The notes beneath the pieces are model-generated. The model saw only the letters and a program-made list of their open reading frames with translations, made no database searches and had not been told where the DNA came from. A stretch of DNA of 64,000 nucleotides from positions 8,535 through 72,534 of the forward strand of contig JBAZXC010000001.1 of NCBI GenBank assembly GCA_041660065.1. The letters run 5' to 3'. The stretch is from Parcubacteria group bacterium (GTDB taxonomy: Bacteria > Patescibacteriota > Minisyncoccia > Moranbacterales > GCA-2747515). A program made the translations under genes and the position numbers. This document shows, piece by piece, positions 38,436 through 47,872 of the stretch; position 1 is the stretch's first letter; every line of letters starts with the position of its first letter.

Positions 38436-39167
38436 ATGCAACTTTCTATCATCATCTGCACCTACAATGTCGGACAGCGTTTAAAAAAAACGTTGGATTC
38501 GATATTGGCGCAAGGGGAGGATTGTTATGAGGTGATAATCGTTGATGGAGTATCAACAGATGGAACGATAAATGTCATTGAGAGCTATCAGGATAAGTTT
38601 GGAAAAAAATTGCTCTGGAGCAGTGAAAAAGACAGTGGAATTTACAATGCTATAAACAAGGGTGTAAAATTAGCTAACGGAGAATATCTCAACATTATTG
38701 GCGCAGGGGATTGGATGGAAAAAGATGTGTTGAATAAAGTGTATAAACGCATTTTGCAAAACAATAACCCAGATGTTGTTTACGGAAAGACGAGAGTGTG
38801 GAACGCTGAAATGACGACTAGTTATGTAAAACAGACGTTGCCGGAGACCTTGTCAAAAGAACCGATGCAACATCCAGCCATGTTTTACAAAAGAGAATTG
38901 CATGAAAGATTTGGTTTGTATGATGAAAGATATAGGATCGCATCTGACTATGCTTTTTGCTTGAAATCTCTCTCTGTTGGAAAAGTTGCTGTAAAAATAG
39001 TACCGGAAATTTTTTGTAATTTTGTTACGGATGGCATCAGTTCAAAAAGCAGGTGGCTCTCTTTGAAAGAAGTAACAAAGATCAAACAGGAATGTGGGAT
39101 AGGGACAAATTTTTTGAAAGAAGTATTTTTATCGACAAGATTAGGGAAACGATTATGCCACAAATAA
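38436..39167 (+). CDS. Glycosyltransferase family 2
   Basis: IIVDG.STDGT, EKD.GIY.A.NKG, H.A.F, Y.IASDY. Confidence 0.9.
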   Translation: MQLSIIICTYNVGQRLKKTLDSILAQGEDCYEVIIVDGVSTDGTINVIESYQDKFGKKLLWSSEKDSGIYNAINKGVKLANGEYLNIIGAGDWMEKDVLNKVYKRILQNNNPDVVYGKTRVWNAEMTTSYVKQTLPETLSKEPMQHPAMFYKRELHERFGLYDERYRIASDYAFCLKSLSVGKVAVKIVPEIFCNFVTDGISSKSRWLSLKEVTKIKQECGIGTNFLKEVFLSTRLGKRLCHK

Positions 39168-40003
39168 GTGTTGTGATCCCATGTTATAATCATGGGAAAT
39201 ATTTAGAAGAAGCTGTAATTTCTGTTAAAAAACAGACTTTTAGCGATTATGAGATCATCGTGGTCAATGATGGATCGACAGATGAGGAGACGATAATGGC
39301 GTTGGATCAGTTAAAAGAAAAATATACAGACGTGTTGTTTATCGATCAAGAGAATGGTCATCTCGCCAATGCGAGAAACACGGGCATACGGGTTTCTCAG
39401 GGAGAATTCTTTCTTCCTTTGGATGCTGATGACAAAATTGATTCTCAGATGTTGGAAAGATGTCTCAGAGAAATACAGAAAGATAATAGATTGGGTTTTG
39501 TATATACATATACGCAATTTTTTGGTGATTTTACGGCAATTTTACCAAGGCCACAATATGACTTTTATGAACTGCTGAGGAAGAACTATATTGTGGCGAG
39601 TGCTTTGATTCGAAAGAGCGCTTGGCGAGAGATCGGCGGTTATGACGAAAATATGAAAAGTGGCTATGAGGATTGGGAATTCTATATTCGCCTGGCAAAA
39701 AATGGATGGTATGGAAAGCTAATCAGAAAGCCACTGTTTTATTATCGTAAACATGGCAAATCCATGATCAGTGATGCAACGATAAAAAATGATATGAATG
39801 CAGAATATATCCGGACAAAACATGCTGATATCTACGCTCCGGAAAAACTGCATGCTATAAAAATCGAATGGAAAAAGAAAAACCGTGATCGTTACTGGCA
39901 TGCCAGTTTTTATACGGAATCATTTTTGATGACCATTTTTATCTTCAAAAGATATGGCTTTGACGGATTGATGTCCAGAATAAAAAAATATCTTACTTTT
40001 TGA
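39155..40003 (+). CDS. Glycosyltransferase family 2
   Basis: [31 protein letters not shown]. Confidence 0.92.
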   Translation: MPQISVVIPCYNHGKYLEEAVISVKKQTFSDYEIIVVNDGSTDEETIMALDQLKEKYTDVLFIDQENGHLANARNTGIRVSQGEFFLPLDADDKIDSQMLERCLREIQKDNRLGFVYTYTQFFGDFTAILPRPQYDFYELLRKNYIVASALIRKSAWREIGGYDENMKSGYEDWEFYIRLAKNGWYGKLIRKPLFYYRKHGKSMISDATIKNDMNAEYIRTKHADIYAPEKLHAIKIEWKKKNRDRYWHASFYTESFLMTIFIFKRYGFDGLMSRIKKYLTF

Positions 40004-40934
40004 TAGCGTTTTCTTGTTCCAAAAACCATTCATACGTTTTCCGAATGCCGTCTTTTAAGTCCGTCTCGTGTTTCCATCCGAGAGAATGAAGTCTGTCGAC
40101 ATTGAGAAGTTTTCGGGGGGTGCCATCCGGCTTGGATGTGTCGTGGATGATATTGCCGGTATAACCAATGATCTCTTTGATCGTAAGAGCGAGTTCTTTG
40201 ATCGTGACATCTTCTCCGGTACCGATGTTGATGATCGCACTGTCAGAATACGTGTTCATTAGAAAAACGCAGGCATCAGCCAGATCATCGACAAATAAAA
40301 ATTCACGCATGGGAAATCCTGTGCCCCACATAATGACTTCCGGATCATTTTTTATTTTTGCATCATGAAATTTGCGCAAGAGAGCGGGGAGGACGTGGGA
40401 GTTTTCTAGATTGAAGTTGTCATTGATGCCATAGAGATTTGTCGGCATGACGGAGATAAAATTTGTTTCGTATTGCGCGTTATATGATTGGCACATTTTG
40501 ATACCTGCGATCTTTGCGACTGCATATGCCTCATTGGTTTTTTCCAATGATCCGGTTAGGAGATATTCTTCTTTGATCGGCTGGGGGCAATTACGCGGAT
40601 AAATACAAGAGCTCCCGAGGAAGAGGAGTTTTTTTGTTTTGTGCAAATATGCGTTATGAATGATATTATTCTGTATCTGGAGATTTTGATAGATAAAATC
40701 GGCAGGGTAGGTTTCATTGGCATGGATGCCACCAACCTTTGCAGCGGCTAAGAACACATAGTCTGGTTTTTCATTTTCAAAAAAATCAAACACATCTCGT
40801 TCATTGAGGAGGTTAAGTTCTTGTCGCGTTTTTGCGATCAAATTTGCGTAGCCTTTTTTTGTGAGGTTTCTAACAAGGGCAGATCCAACAAGTCCATTAT
40901 GCCCAGCGATATAAATTTTTGCATTTCTTTCCAT
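39993..40934 (-). CDS. fcl: GDP-L-fucose synthase
   Basis: [50 protein letters not shown]. Confidence 0.95.
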   Translation of the reverse strand: MERNAKIYIAGHNGLVGSALVRNLTKKGYANLIAKTRQELNLLNERDVFDFFENEKPDYVFLAAAKVGGIHANETYPADFIYQNLQIQNNIIHNAYLHKTKKLLFLGSSCIYPRNCPQPIKEEYLLTGSLEKTNEAYAVAKIAGIKMCQSYNAQYETNFISVMPTNLYGINDNFNLENSHVLPALLRKFHDAKIKNDPEVIMWGTGFPMREFLFVDDLADACVFLMNTYSDSAIINIGTGEDVTIKELALTIKEIIGYTGNIIHDTSKPDGTPRKLLNVDRLHSLGWKHETDLKDGIRKTYEWFLEQENAIKK

Positions 40935-40944
40935 GAGTTTGCTT

Positions 40945-41982
40945 TTATTTTGTAGCTGTTTCCTTTTTGAGATCAAACTCCATCATGACCTTTACCAATT
41001 CTTTGAATTTGGTTTTGGGTTTCCATTTAAGAAGTCCTGCTGCCTTGGATGGATCACCAAGAAGTAGATCGACTTCGGACGGTCGATAGTAGCGCGGATC
41101 TATGCGAATGATCACCTTTTTGGTTTTTTTATTGATGCCAACTTCTTTTGCACCTTTGCCTTTCCACCGGAAGTCTATACCGGCAATTGCACATGCCAAT
41201 TCCACAAATTCACGTACGGAATGTGTTTCACCGGTTGCCAGTACGAAGTCCTCGGCTTTTTTTTGCTGGAGCATGCGCCACATACCCTCTACATAGTCTT
41301 TGGCATAACCCCAATCGCGTTTTGCATCGAGATTGCCGAGGTAGAGGCAATCATCTTTACCGGTCAAGATCCTCGCAAGCCCACGTGTGATCTTTCGTGT
41401 GACGAATGTTTCACCACGTCGCGGGGATTCATGATTGAAGAGGATGCCATTGCATGCAAAAATATTATAACTTTCGCGATAGTTGACCGTGATCCAATAA
41501 GAATACAATTTCGCACAGCCATAGGGAGACCTGGGATGAAAAGGCGTCGTTTCTTTTTGGGGTGTTTCTCGTACAAGTCCGAAAAGCTCACTGGTAGATG
41601 CCTGATAAAATTTTGTTTTAAATCCGGAGTCTTTGATCGCATCAAGTATGCGGAGAGTGCCAAGGCCGGTTACATCAGCGGTATATTCAGGGTTATCAAA
41701 ACTGACCTTTACATGGCTTTGGGCTGCGAGATTATAGATCTCATCCGGTTTGATCTTCTCTATAAGGCGAGAGATGCTGGAGCTATCAGAGAGATCGCCA
41801 TAATGGAGAAACAACTTCACATTATTGATATGAGGATCTTTGTAAAGGTGATCAATACGTCCCGTATTAAAGGAACTTGATCGGCGGATGATCCCATGTA
41901 CTTCATAGCCCTTTTCCAGAAGCAATTCTGCCAAATACGAACCATCCTGACCGGTAATGCCAGTGATCAATGCTTTTTTCAC
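40945..41982 (-). CDS. gmd: GDP-mannose 4,6-dehydratase
   Basis: [51 protein letters not shown]. Confidence 0.97.
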   Translation of the reverse strand: MKKALITGITGQDGSYLAELLLEKGYEVHGIIRRSSSFNTGRIDHLYKDPHINNVKLFLHYGDLSDSSSISRLIEKIKPDEIYNLAAQSHVKVSFDNPEYTADVTGLGTLRILDAIKDSGFKTKFYQASTSELFGLVRETPQKETTPFHPRSPYGCAKLYSYWITVNYRESYNIFACNGILFNHESPRRGETFVTRKITRGLARILTGKDDCLYLGNLDAKRDWGYAKDYVEGMWRMLQQKKAEDFVLATGETHSVREFVELACAIAGIDFRWKGKGAKEVGINKKTKKVIIRIDPRYYRPSEVDLLLGDPSKAAGLLKWKPKTKFKELVKVMMEFDLKKETATK

Positions 41983-42122
41983 TTTTTTAATTTAGGCTAG
42001 TTAATAAAAATGCTCTTAGTATTATAGCGTATGCTATATAAATAACAAGAAAACGAAAGAGCTGTAGTTAAGGAGGTGTTCAAAATTTGCAGTATTTTCC
42101 ATTTACAAAAAATGATGATGTG

Positions 42123-42647
42123 TTACATTCCTTCCAAAATATCTTCCTGAATGCGACTTTTGCATGTTTTTTTGACGTTGGTGTCGGAAATACTATCGCA
42201 AATTGAGATGTCTTTTTTACTGATGGCTTGATCCTTTAGACAGTAATCCTTTGTCAGATCTTTGAGAGAATTGCAGTCGGAGCTGTCGGAAATTGTGTCA
42301 TCGGATAGGCCACAAACGTTCTGGCAATATTTCAATTCTTTCTCATCATACTGATATGGTTCACATTCTCGCTCACAATCAAGCGGTGTGACGTGAATGT
42401 ATATATTAGCATTTTCTTCTGTGGCGGAGTTTGTAATCTCTTCTGAATTTTCCTCATCGGATGGATTTCCGACGATGTTTTCCTGCTGGGTGTTGGTATC
42501 TTCTTCTATGGTGGATTTTTGAGCATCTTGTGCTGAGGGATCTCCATTTTTTATGAGATCACTTTCACGTTTTGTGAAAATGGTATAGGAAAAGTAGCCA
42601 ACAATAATAAAGAGAATAATGAATGCTATTAGGAGATATTTTTTCAT
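42123..42647 (-). CDS. Membrane-anchored cysteine-rich protein
   Basis: N-terminal TM, acidic linker, C-terminal domain with 8 Cys. Confidence 0.7.
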   Translation of the reverse strand: MKKYLLIAFIILFIIVGYFSYTIFTKRESDLIKNGDPSAQDAQKSTIEEDTNTQQENIVGNPSDEENSEEITNSATEENANIYIHVTPLDCERECEPYQYDEKELKYCQNVCGLSDDTISDSSDCNSLKDLTKDYCLKDQAISKKDISICDSISDTNVKKTCKSRIQEDILEGM

Positions 42648-42652
42648 AAAAC

Positions 42653-42746
42653 AAATTAACGAGTTAAATAGTTAACGGATTAACGAACTGATGACGGAAT
42701 TTTTACAATAATTCTTTAACGCGTGAACTCGCTAATTCGTTAATTG
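42653..42746. repeat. Inverted arrays of TTAAC(G)-type 8-mers, gene-less copy
   Basis: TTAACGAG-TTAAATAG-TTAACGGA-TTAACGAA ... CTCGCTAA-TTCGTTAA. Confidence 0.7.
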
Positions 42747-42749
42747 TGT

Positions 42750-44675
42750 TTAATATAGTGGGTTTAATGAAATTCCCGTGTAATAATATTTCATGATCTT
42801 GTCGTATTTCCAGTCTTTGTCACGAGCGAGAACGAGCGATCCATTGGCGATGAGTCCAACCATGTGATTGCCTTCAGATTCGAGTGTTTTTGTGGATTTG
42901 TTGGGGTGTTTGCCATAAGGGTCATCCACGGATTTGCACCATGGGTAATCGGATGATCTCCAGCGTTCTTTGTAGCTACGTGTATGACCATCGCTCCATG
43001 AGCTATATGGTGTGAGAGCGATCTCATTTTTGTATTTTGCGATGACTCCACGTGTAGCTTCAGCTGCTTTTTTGATGTTGGGATATTTCTTTTCCCATTC
43101 ATATCCTCGATAGATCTGCGAGCCGGAATCGCTACGGATCTTGAATCCAAGTGGTGCATATTTGGTCGCGTATTCGATATACCATCGGCCATATGTGCGG
43201 AAGATCGTGGTCATGACTTTGGTGTGATCCATATCACCTGTGCCAGTCGTTTCACCCATGCCCCATGTGTATTGCTCAAGTGGGAGAGTATTGATCACCC
43301 AGATCTGCGTGACAGTGCTCGAGGTGCCGGCGATGATGTTTTTGCCTTTGTAATAGCGTACGGTGATCTTGCCACGATATTCATCATAGGATGAATCCGG
43401 TCGGTGTACATTGAAAATAAGAGAAGCGTTGTCGTTATCAGCTGCATCAAATGTAACTGCAGTCTTTATTTTTTTGGAGGAGATAGAGCCATATACTTTG
43501 AGATAACCATCGCTGTCATAGGTAACTTTGGTGTGTGTGTTGCCACCAATCTGCGCTAACACATTGCCATCCTTGTCTTTGATGTTATAGGGTTTATTCG
43601 TTTCAATCTCAAATGGATCGTTTTGAATTCCAGATTTGTCATAATACCAGAGACCGACAGCGATATTTGGTCCCATACCGGAAGAGAGGAGATTATTTTT
43701 TTCTATCTCGTTAATAGTATAAATTTGATCGGTTCCATTATAAAAGTAGTAGACTGGCAAAGTATTTTCCGCTTGAGAAGGATATGCATAAAATGCGATG
43801 CCTTCATACACGTTTGTATTTGATTTTGTTAGTTCATTCTTCTTCTCCTCGTCAGCTGTATAAAAATGATCTCTTGTCTTTTTGTCATAAAAGCGGTAAA
43901 TGGGAATCAGGTCGTCTGCTTGTGCAGGGTAGGTATAAAACGCGACTCCCTCGTATTTGTAAGTTGTTTTTGGCGTGGCGATGATGGTATTTTTTTCTTT
44001 TTCACTTGCAGTGTAGAGGTGGTCGCCGGTAATTCTGTCATAAAATCTATAGACAGGGCTGGAATTTTTTTTAGAGAGGTTGTTTAATTTTGCGGCCTCG
44101 AGCTCATCGGCCGTATAAAGGTGATCTCCGTTAGTCTTATTATAGAAACGATAAATATCCGATGTATCTGTTTTTTTTGTAGTGTATGCATAGAATGCGA
44201 TTTTTTCGTAAGAATAGACTGATGCGAGATTTTTTTGCACGTTGGCCTTTTCTTTTTCATTTGCTGTGTAAAAGTGATCGCCATTTATTTTGTTATAAAA
44301 TTGATAAACGGGTTGTGAATCGTTAAGTGTTTTTGTATACGCGTAAAATGCTATACCATCATAGGTATACGGGGAATTGGTTTGGTTTATCAAACTGTCT
44401 TTTTGTTTTTCATCGGCTGTATAAAAATGATCGCCGGTGGTTATGTTGTGAATACGATAAATAGGAACAGTATCCTCTTGTTGTGTTGTAAATGCATAAA
44501 ACCCTGTTCCTTCCGGTTGATAGTCCGTTGCGGTGTAGCGATCTTTATACGCGTAGAATGATGTTTTTTCAAGGTTATAACCGGCGTGAGCTGTGGTTAC
44601 ATTTCCCAAAAAACAGACAGTGATGCCCAAGAGAACAAGAAAAAACGATAATATGTGATGATATTTTATTTGCAT
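42750..44675 (-). CDS. Secreted protein with HFYT (DUF5648-like) repeats and a C-terminal SpoIID/LytB-like domain
   Basis: About six P(I/V)YRFY....GDH(F/L)YTA.E.EK repeats; INTLPLEQY..G..E, S.SQ.Y.G, H.VG...GS..LA, I.KYYY.G. Confidence 0.8.
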   Translation of the reverse strand: MQIKYHHILSFFLVLLGITVCFLGNVTTAHAGYNLEKTSFYAYKDRYTATDYQPEGTGFYAFTTQQEDTVPIYRIHNITTGDHFYTADEKQKDSLINQTNSPYTYDGIAFYAYTKTLNDSQPVYQFYNKINGDHFYTANEKEKANVQKNLASVYSYEKIAFYAYTTKKTDTSDIYRFYNKTNGDHLYTADELEAAKLNNLSKKNSSPVYRFYDRITGDHLYTASEKEKNTIIATPKTTYKYEGVAFYTYPAQADDLIPIYRFYDKKTRDHFYTADEEKKNELTKSNTNVYEGIAFYAYPSQAENTLPVYYFYNGTDQIYTINEIEKNNLLSSGMGPNIAVGLWYYDKSGIQNDPFEIETNKPYNIKDKDGNVLAQIGGNTHTKVTYDSDGYLKVYGSISSKKIKTAVTFDAADNDNASLIFNVHRPDSSYDEYRGKITVRYYKGKNIIAGTSSTVTQIWVINTLPLEQYTWGMGETTGTGDMDHTKVMTTIFRTYGRWYIEYATKYAPLGFKIRSDSGSQIYRGYEWEKKYPNIKKAAEATRGVIAKYKNEIALTPYSSWSDGHTRSYKERWRSSDYPWCKSVDDPYGKHPNKSTKTLESEGNHMVGLIANGSLVLARDKDWKYDKIMKYYYTGISLNPLY

Positions 44676-44738
44676 ATATATTTTTATTTACGTGCCACCA
44701 TTATATCACGGGATATATGGGAAATCAATGAAAAATAT

Positions 44739-44828
44739 TCACGAGTTAAAGGGTTAACGAATTTTAGAGAATTAAAGTGTTCACGGAGTGCAGTTCGTTA
44801 ACTCGTTAATTCCTTAACTCTTTAATTG
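44739..44828. repeat. Inverted arrays of TTAAC(G)-type 8-mers, gene-less copy
   Basis: CGAGTTAAAGGGTTAACGAA ... TTCGTTAACTCGTTAATTCCTTAACTCTTTAA. Confidence 0.7.
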
Positions 44829-45827
44829 TTTCTGCCACTCCCAGGCGTCTCGCATAGCGTCGGCAACGGTTTTTTGTGCCACCCAACCAATTTTAGAATT
44901 GATCTTTGTGACATCTGCCCAGCATGCGGAAATATCACCTTTGCGGCGCGGTCCGATCGTGTAGTTGATTTTGAGATCATTTATATCTTCAAATGTTTTA
45001 ATCAGTTCCATGACGCTGGTACCTGTGCCTGTACCGACATTGAATATGTCAAAGTATGGGGTGGTTTGTGTCATGAGATAGGCGAGTGTGGCAACGTGCG
45101 CTTCTGCCAAGTCGGTGACATGGATGAAGTCACGGATGCATGTGCCGTCCGGTGTATCATAATCATCGCCAAAAACCGTGAGAGATTCGCGGATGCCGGC
45201 AGCTGTCTGTGTGATATAGGGAACAAGGTTGTTTGGGATGCCACTGGGCAATTCACCAATCAGATGGGAGGAGTGTGCACCGATGGGGTTGAAATAACGC
45301 AAGGGTATAGCTGAGATCTGCGCACCACTCCTGACGAGATCCTGCAAAATGTCTTCGGCGATGAGCTTGGTATTGCCATACGGGCAGGTTGCTTTTTTCC
45401 GCGGAGAATTTTCTGTAAGTGGGCAGTTATCTGGTTCGCCATAGACTGTTGCAGATGAGGAAAAGACGATGTTTTTTACGTTGTGTTTTTGCATGACCGT
45501 GAGCACAGTGAGAAGGGAATTGATGTTATTGTGATAATACATGAGCGGTTTGGCGATCGATTCGCCGACTGCTTTGTGTGCGGCAAAATGGATCACACCG
45601 CCGATGCCACGTTCTTTGAGGAAGACGGAATTGACGAATTGCGGGTTGTTGCAATTCCCTTCATAGAGACGGATCTTTTTTTCTGTGATTTGTTCAATGC
45701 GATCGATGATCCATTTCTCTGCGTTGGAGAAATTATCAATTATGACGGGCGTGTAACCGGCATCGATCAGTGCGACAGTTGTGTGTGATCCGATAAATCC
45801 GGCACCGCCGGTGATGAGAATTTTCAT
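44814..45827 (-). CDS. galE: UDP-glucose 4-epimerase
   Basis: ILITGGAGFIGSHT, FSSSATVYG, YG.TK, LRYFNP.GAH, DGTCIRDFIHV.DLA. Confidence 0.96.
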   Translation of the reverse strand: MKILITGGAGFIGSHTTVALIDAGYTPVIIDNFSNAEKWIIDRIEQITEKKIRLYEGNCNNPQFVNSVFLKERGIGGVIHFAAHKAVGESIAKPLMYYHNNINSLLTVLTVMQKHNVKNIVFSSSATVYGEPDNCPLTENSPRKKATCPYGNTKLIAEDILQDLVRSGAQISAIPLRYFNPIGAHSSHLIGELPSGIPNNLVPYITQTAAGIRESLTVFGDDYDTPDGTCIRDFIHVTDLAEAHVATLAYLMTQTTPYFDIFNVGTGTGTSVMELIKTFEDINDLKINYTIGPRRKGDISACWADVTKINSKIGWVAQKTVADAMRDAWEWQKQLKS

Positions 45828-45875
45828 GAGAACAATTAAAGAATTAACGAGTTAATGAGTTAACGGATTAACGAA

Positions 45876-46265
45876 TTATTTTTTGAGAAATTCTTTATTT
45901 TCTTTTTTCTTTTGTAAATACACTATGAATCCACCAACTTGTTTTGCGAGATTTTCTAATTTCGCATTCAAAATATCAAATTGTTCTTGCGTAATATATT
46001 TTATGATTAGCGCAATATATAATTAATCTCTTACTTCTCCTAGAGATCCCTTTGATATTTTTAGAAATCTGACAAATTCATTATTATTGTTTTTTTCAAA
46101 ACCTTCAACAATATTTGAACTAATTGATACAATCGCTCGCCTGATCTGATCTTGTAACCCACGATCTTTTACAAAAAATCCTCTTGCCGTAGTTTCATAG
46201 ATTTCTTTTGTGAGCGTCAAACTTTCTTTCCAAATATTTAATTCTTCGAATTTATTGATTTTCAT
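45876..46265 (-). pseudogene. Four-helix-bundle protein (23S rRNA IVS-protein family) with a premature stop
   Basis: FEEL.IW, L.DQIRRA..SI.SNI.EG, F.RFL.ISKGS..E; TAA at 46023-46025, then the frame continues LYIAL..KYI...F to a stop at 45876. Confidence 0.8.
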
Positions 46266-46282
46266 ACAAAATTTTTAACTCA

Positions 46283-46987
46283 TTAATTCTTTAACTCGTT
46301 AATTTTTGTGATTATCCCATATTCCTCAGCTCTTTCCGGGTGGCAGAGGAGTTCGGTTTTGGTTGTGCGGAGAATTGTCGGGAGATCTTTTGGGGTGATC
46401 CAATCCAAGCTGGTCATATATCGCGTGGTGGAGAGTGTGGGAAAAGAGCGTAATATTCTTTTGTTGCATATATGCAAGATGGACAAGATCATGCTGATCA
46501 GTGATGTGCGTGGCGCGGGTCCGTGTGTGCCGCATCGAACAAAAGGGATGTGGTGTTTTTGCGCCAACATACATGATATACGGAAATATGGTGGGAAGAG
46601 GTGCGTGTGTTCATGGGAACTGATCCCGTTCGGTATTGTGCCGAATTTTTCGTGAAACAGTGTAATTTGTGACTCCCATTCTTTTGCGATCTTTTGCGGG
46701 GAGATGTGTCCGCACAAAAGATGAAAAAGGAAACGGTATCCGCGACGCATGGTTTTATCGTGGAGCTTCAACGTGTAATGTAGTGAGGGGATGTCGAGGT
46801 GAATGTCGATTTTAATATTGGCGTTTTTGAGAAGGACGATTTCTTCTGGAGAAATTGTACCTCGGATCATTACGCCAACACGGTCAACTTTGTGTTGTGC
46901 AACAAGGGTGAGAATTGCACTGTTGGCAGCGGGACTTGCACCGAGATCATCCGCTGTGATCAGTGATGCCTTTGTGAGAGGTGTCAT
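46283..46987 (-). CDS. ChbG/HpnK (YdjC) family deacetylase
   Basis: ITADDLG, IHLD, Q...F....G..P..I.SH.H.H, ELLCHP. Confidence 0.85.
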   Translation of the reverse strand: MTPLTKASLITADDLGASPAANSAILTLVAQHKVDRVGVMIRGTISPEEIVLLKNANIKIDIHLDIPSLHYTLKLHDKTMRRGYRFLFHLLCGHISPQKIAKEWESQITLFHEKFGTIPNGISSHEHTHLFPPYFRISCMLAQKHHIPFVRCGTHGPAPRTSLISMILSILHICNKRILRSFPTLSTTRYMTSLDWITPKDLPTILRTTKTELLCHPERAEEYGIITKINELKN

Positions 46988-47733
46988 TTTTTTGAAAGAT
47001 TATAGAGGCCTTTGATATGATTCCACCGGATGGCAAAAAGTGCCCAAAACATATTGATTGGATCAAAAAAAAGATTGATGTGGCTTTTGCGCGGGTTACA
47101 GAGTGTAATGGGAAGTTCTTTGATATGTAGATTGAGTTTGCGCGCCAAAAAGATCACTTCAGAATCAAATGCAAACCGTTTAACGGTGGTTTGTGTAAAA
47201 ATGCGCATCGCTGCATTGCGACGAAAAACTTTGAAACCGCACTGTGAATCACGTACCTGCCAATCATGAAGGATGATCGCACGTAAAAATCGGAAAACAA
47301 ACTCCATGATCCTGCGATGAAGTAATATGGGTTCCAAAACATTCAAGCCGGGCACAAAACGCGAAGCGATGGCAATATCAATATCATTTGCATGTATCAC
47401 ATTGATGAACTTCTGCGTTTCTTCAATTGGGATGGCAAGATCGGCATCGAGAAACATGACGAATGTACTGTCGGGACTACTTGCGAGGATGCCTTTTTTT
47501 ACTGCATCACCTTTGCCTGTATTGATAGGGTTATTGATGATCGTCAGCGGAAAGTCTCTGGTGCAACGTTCCAGCTCTGCAGATGTCTCATCCTTTGAGC
47601 CGTCATTGACGGCAATTATTTCAAATTGTGCAAAATGAGATAAGAGATAAGCATGAATTTTTGTGAGATTGCTGTAAATGCTTCGTCCTTCATTGTAGCA
47701 GGGAATGACAACGGAGATCTTTTCATTTTCCAT
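46984..47733 (-). CDS. Polyprenol-phosphate glycosyltransferase (GT2)
   Basis: VIPCYNE, NDGS.D.T, N.GKG.AV, FLDADL, DSQCGFK.F, FAFD.E. Confidence 0.9.
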   Translation of the reverse strand: MENEKISVVIPCYNEGRSIYSNLTKIHAYLLSHFAQFEIIAVNDGSKDETSAELERCTRDFPLTIINNPINTGKGDAVKKGILASSPDSTFVMFLDADLAIPIEETQKFINVIHANDIDIAIASRFVPGLNVLEPILLHRRIMEFVFRFLRAIILHDWQVRDSQCGFKVFRRNAAMRIFTQTTVKRFAFDSEVIFLARKLNLHIKELPITLCNPRKSHINLFFDPINMFWALFAIRWNHIKGLYNLSKK

Positions 47734-47872
47734 AGAAAAATTAACTTCTTACTAACGATTTATTATAACATAAAATTCTATTTATGTTGAAATATGCAAT
47801 TGATGAAGTATTTATATATACGCATGAAAACGAGTATTTTTTCATTAGGAGAATTGTGCTAGAATAACAGCA

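Noticed and set aside
46023-46025. Alternative genetic code or stop-codon readthrough
   Set aside because: TAA, TAG and TGA all terminate well-conserved genes at expected positions elsewhere
45876-46265. Diversity-generating retroelement (Avd-like gene)
   Set aside because: No reverse transcriptase and no TR/VR pair with adenine-specific mismatches seen in the window
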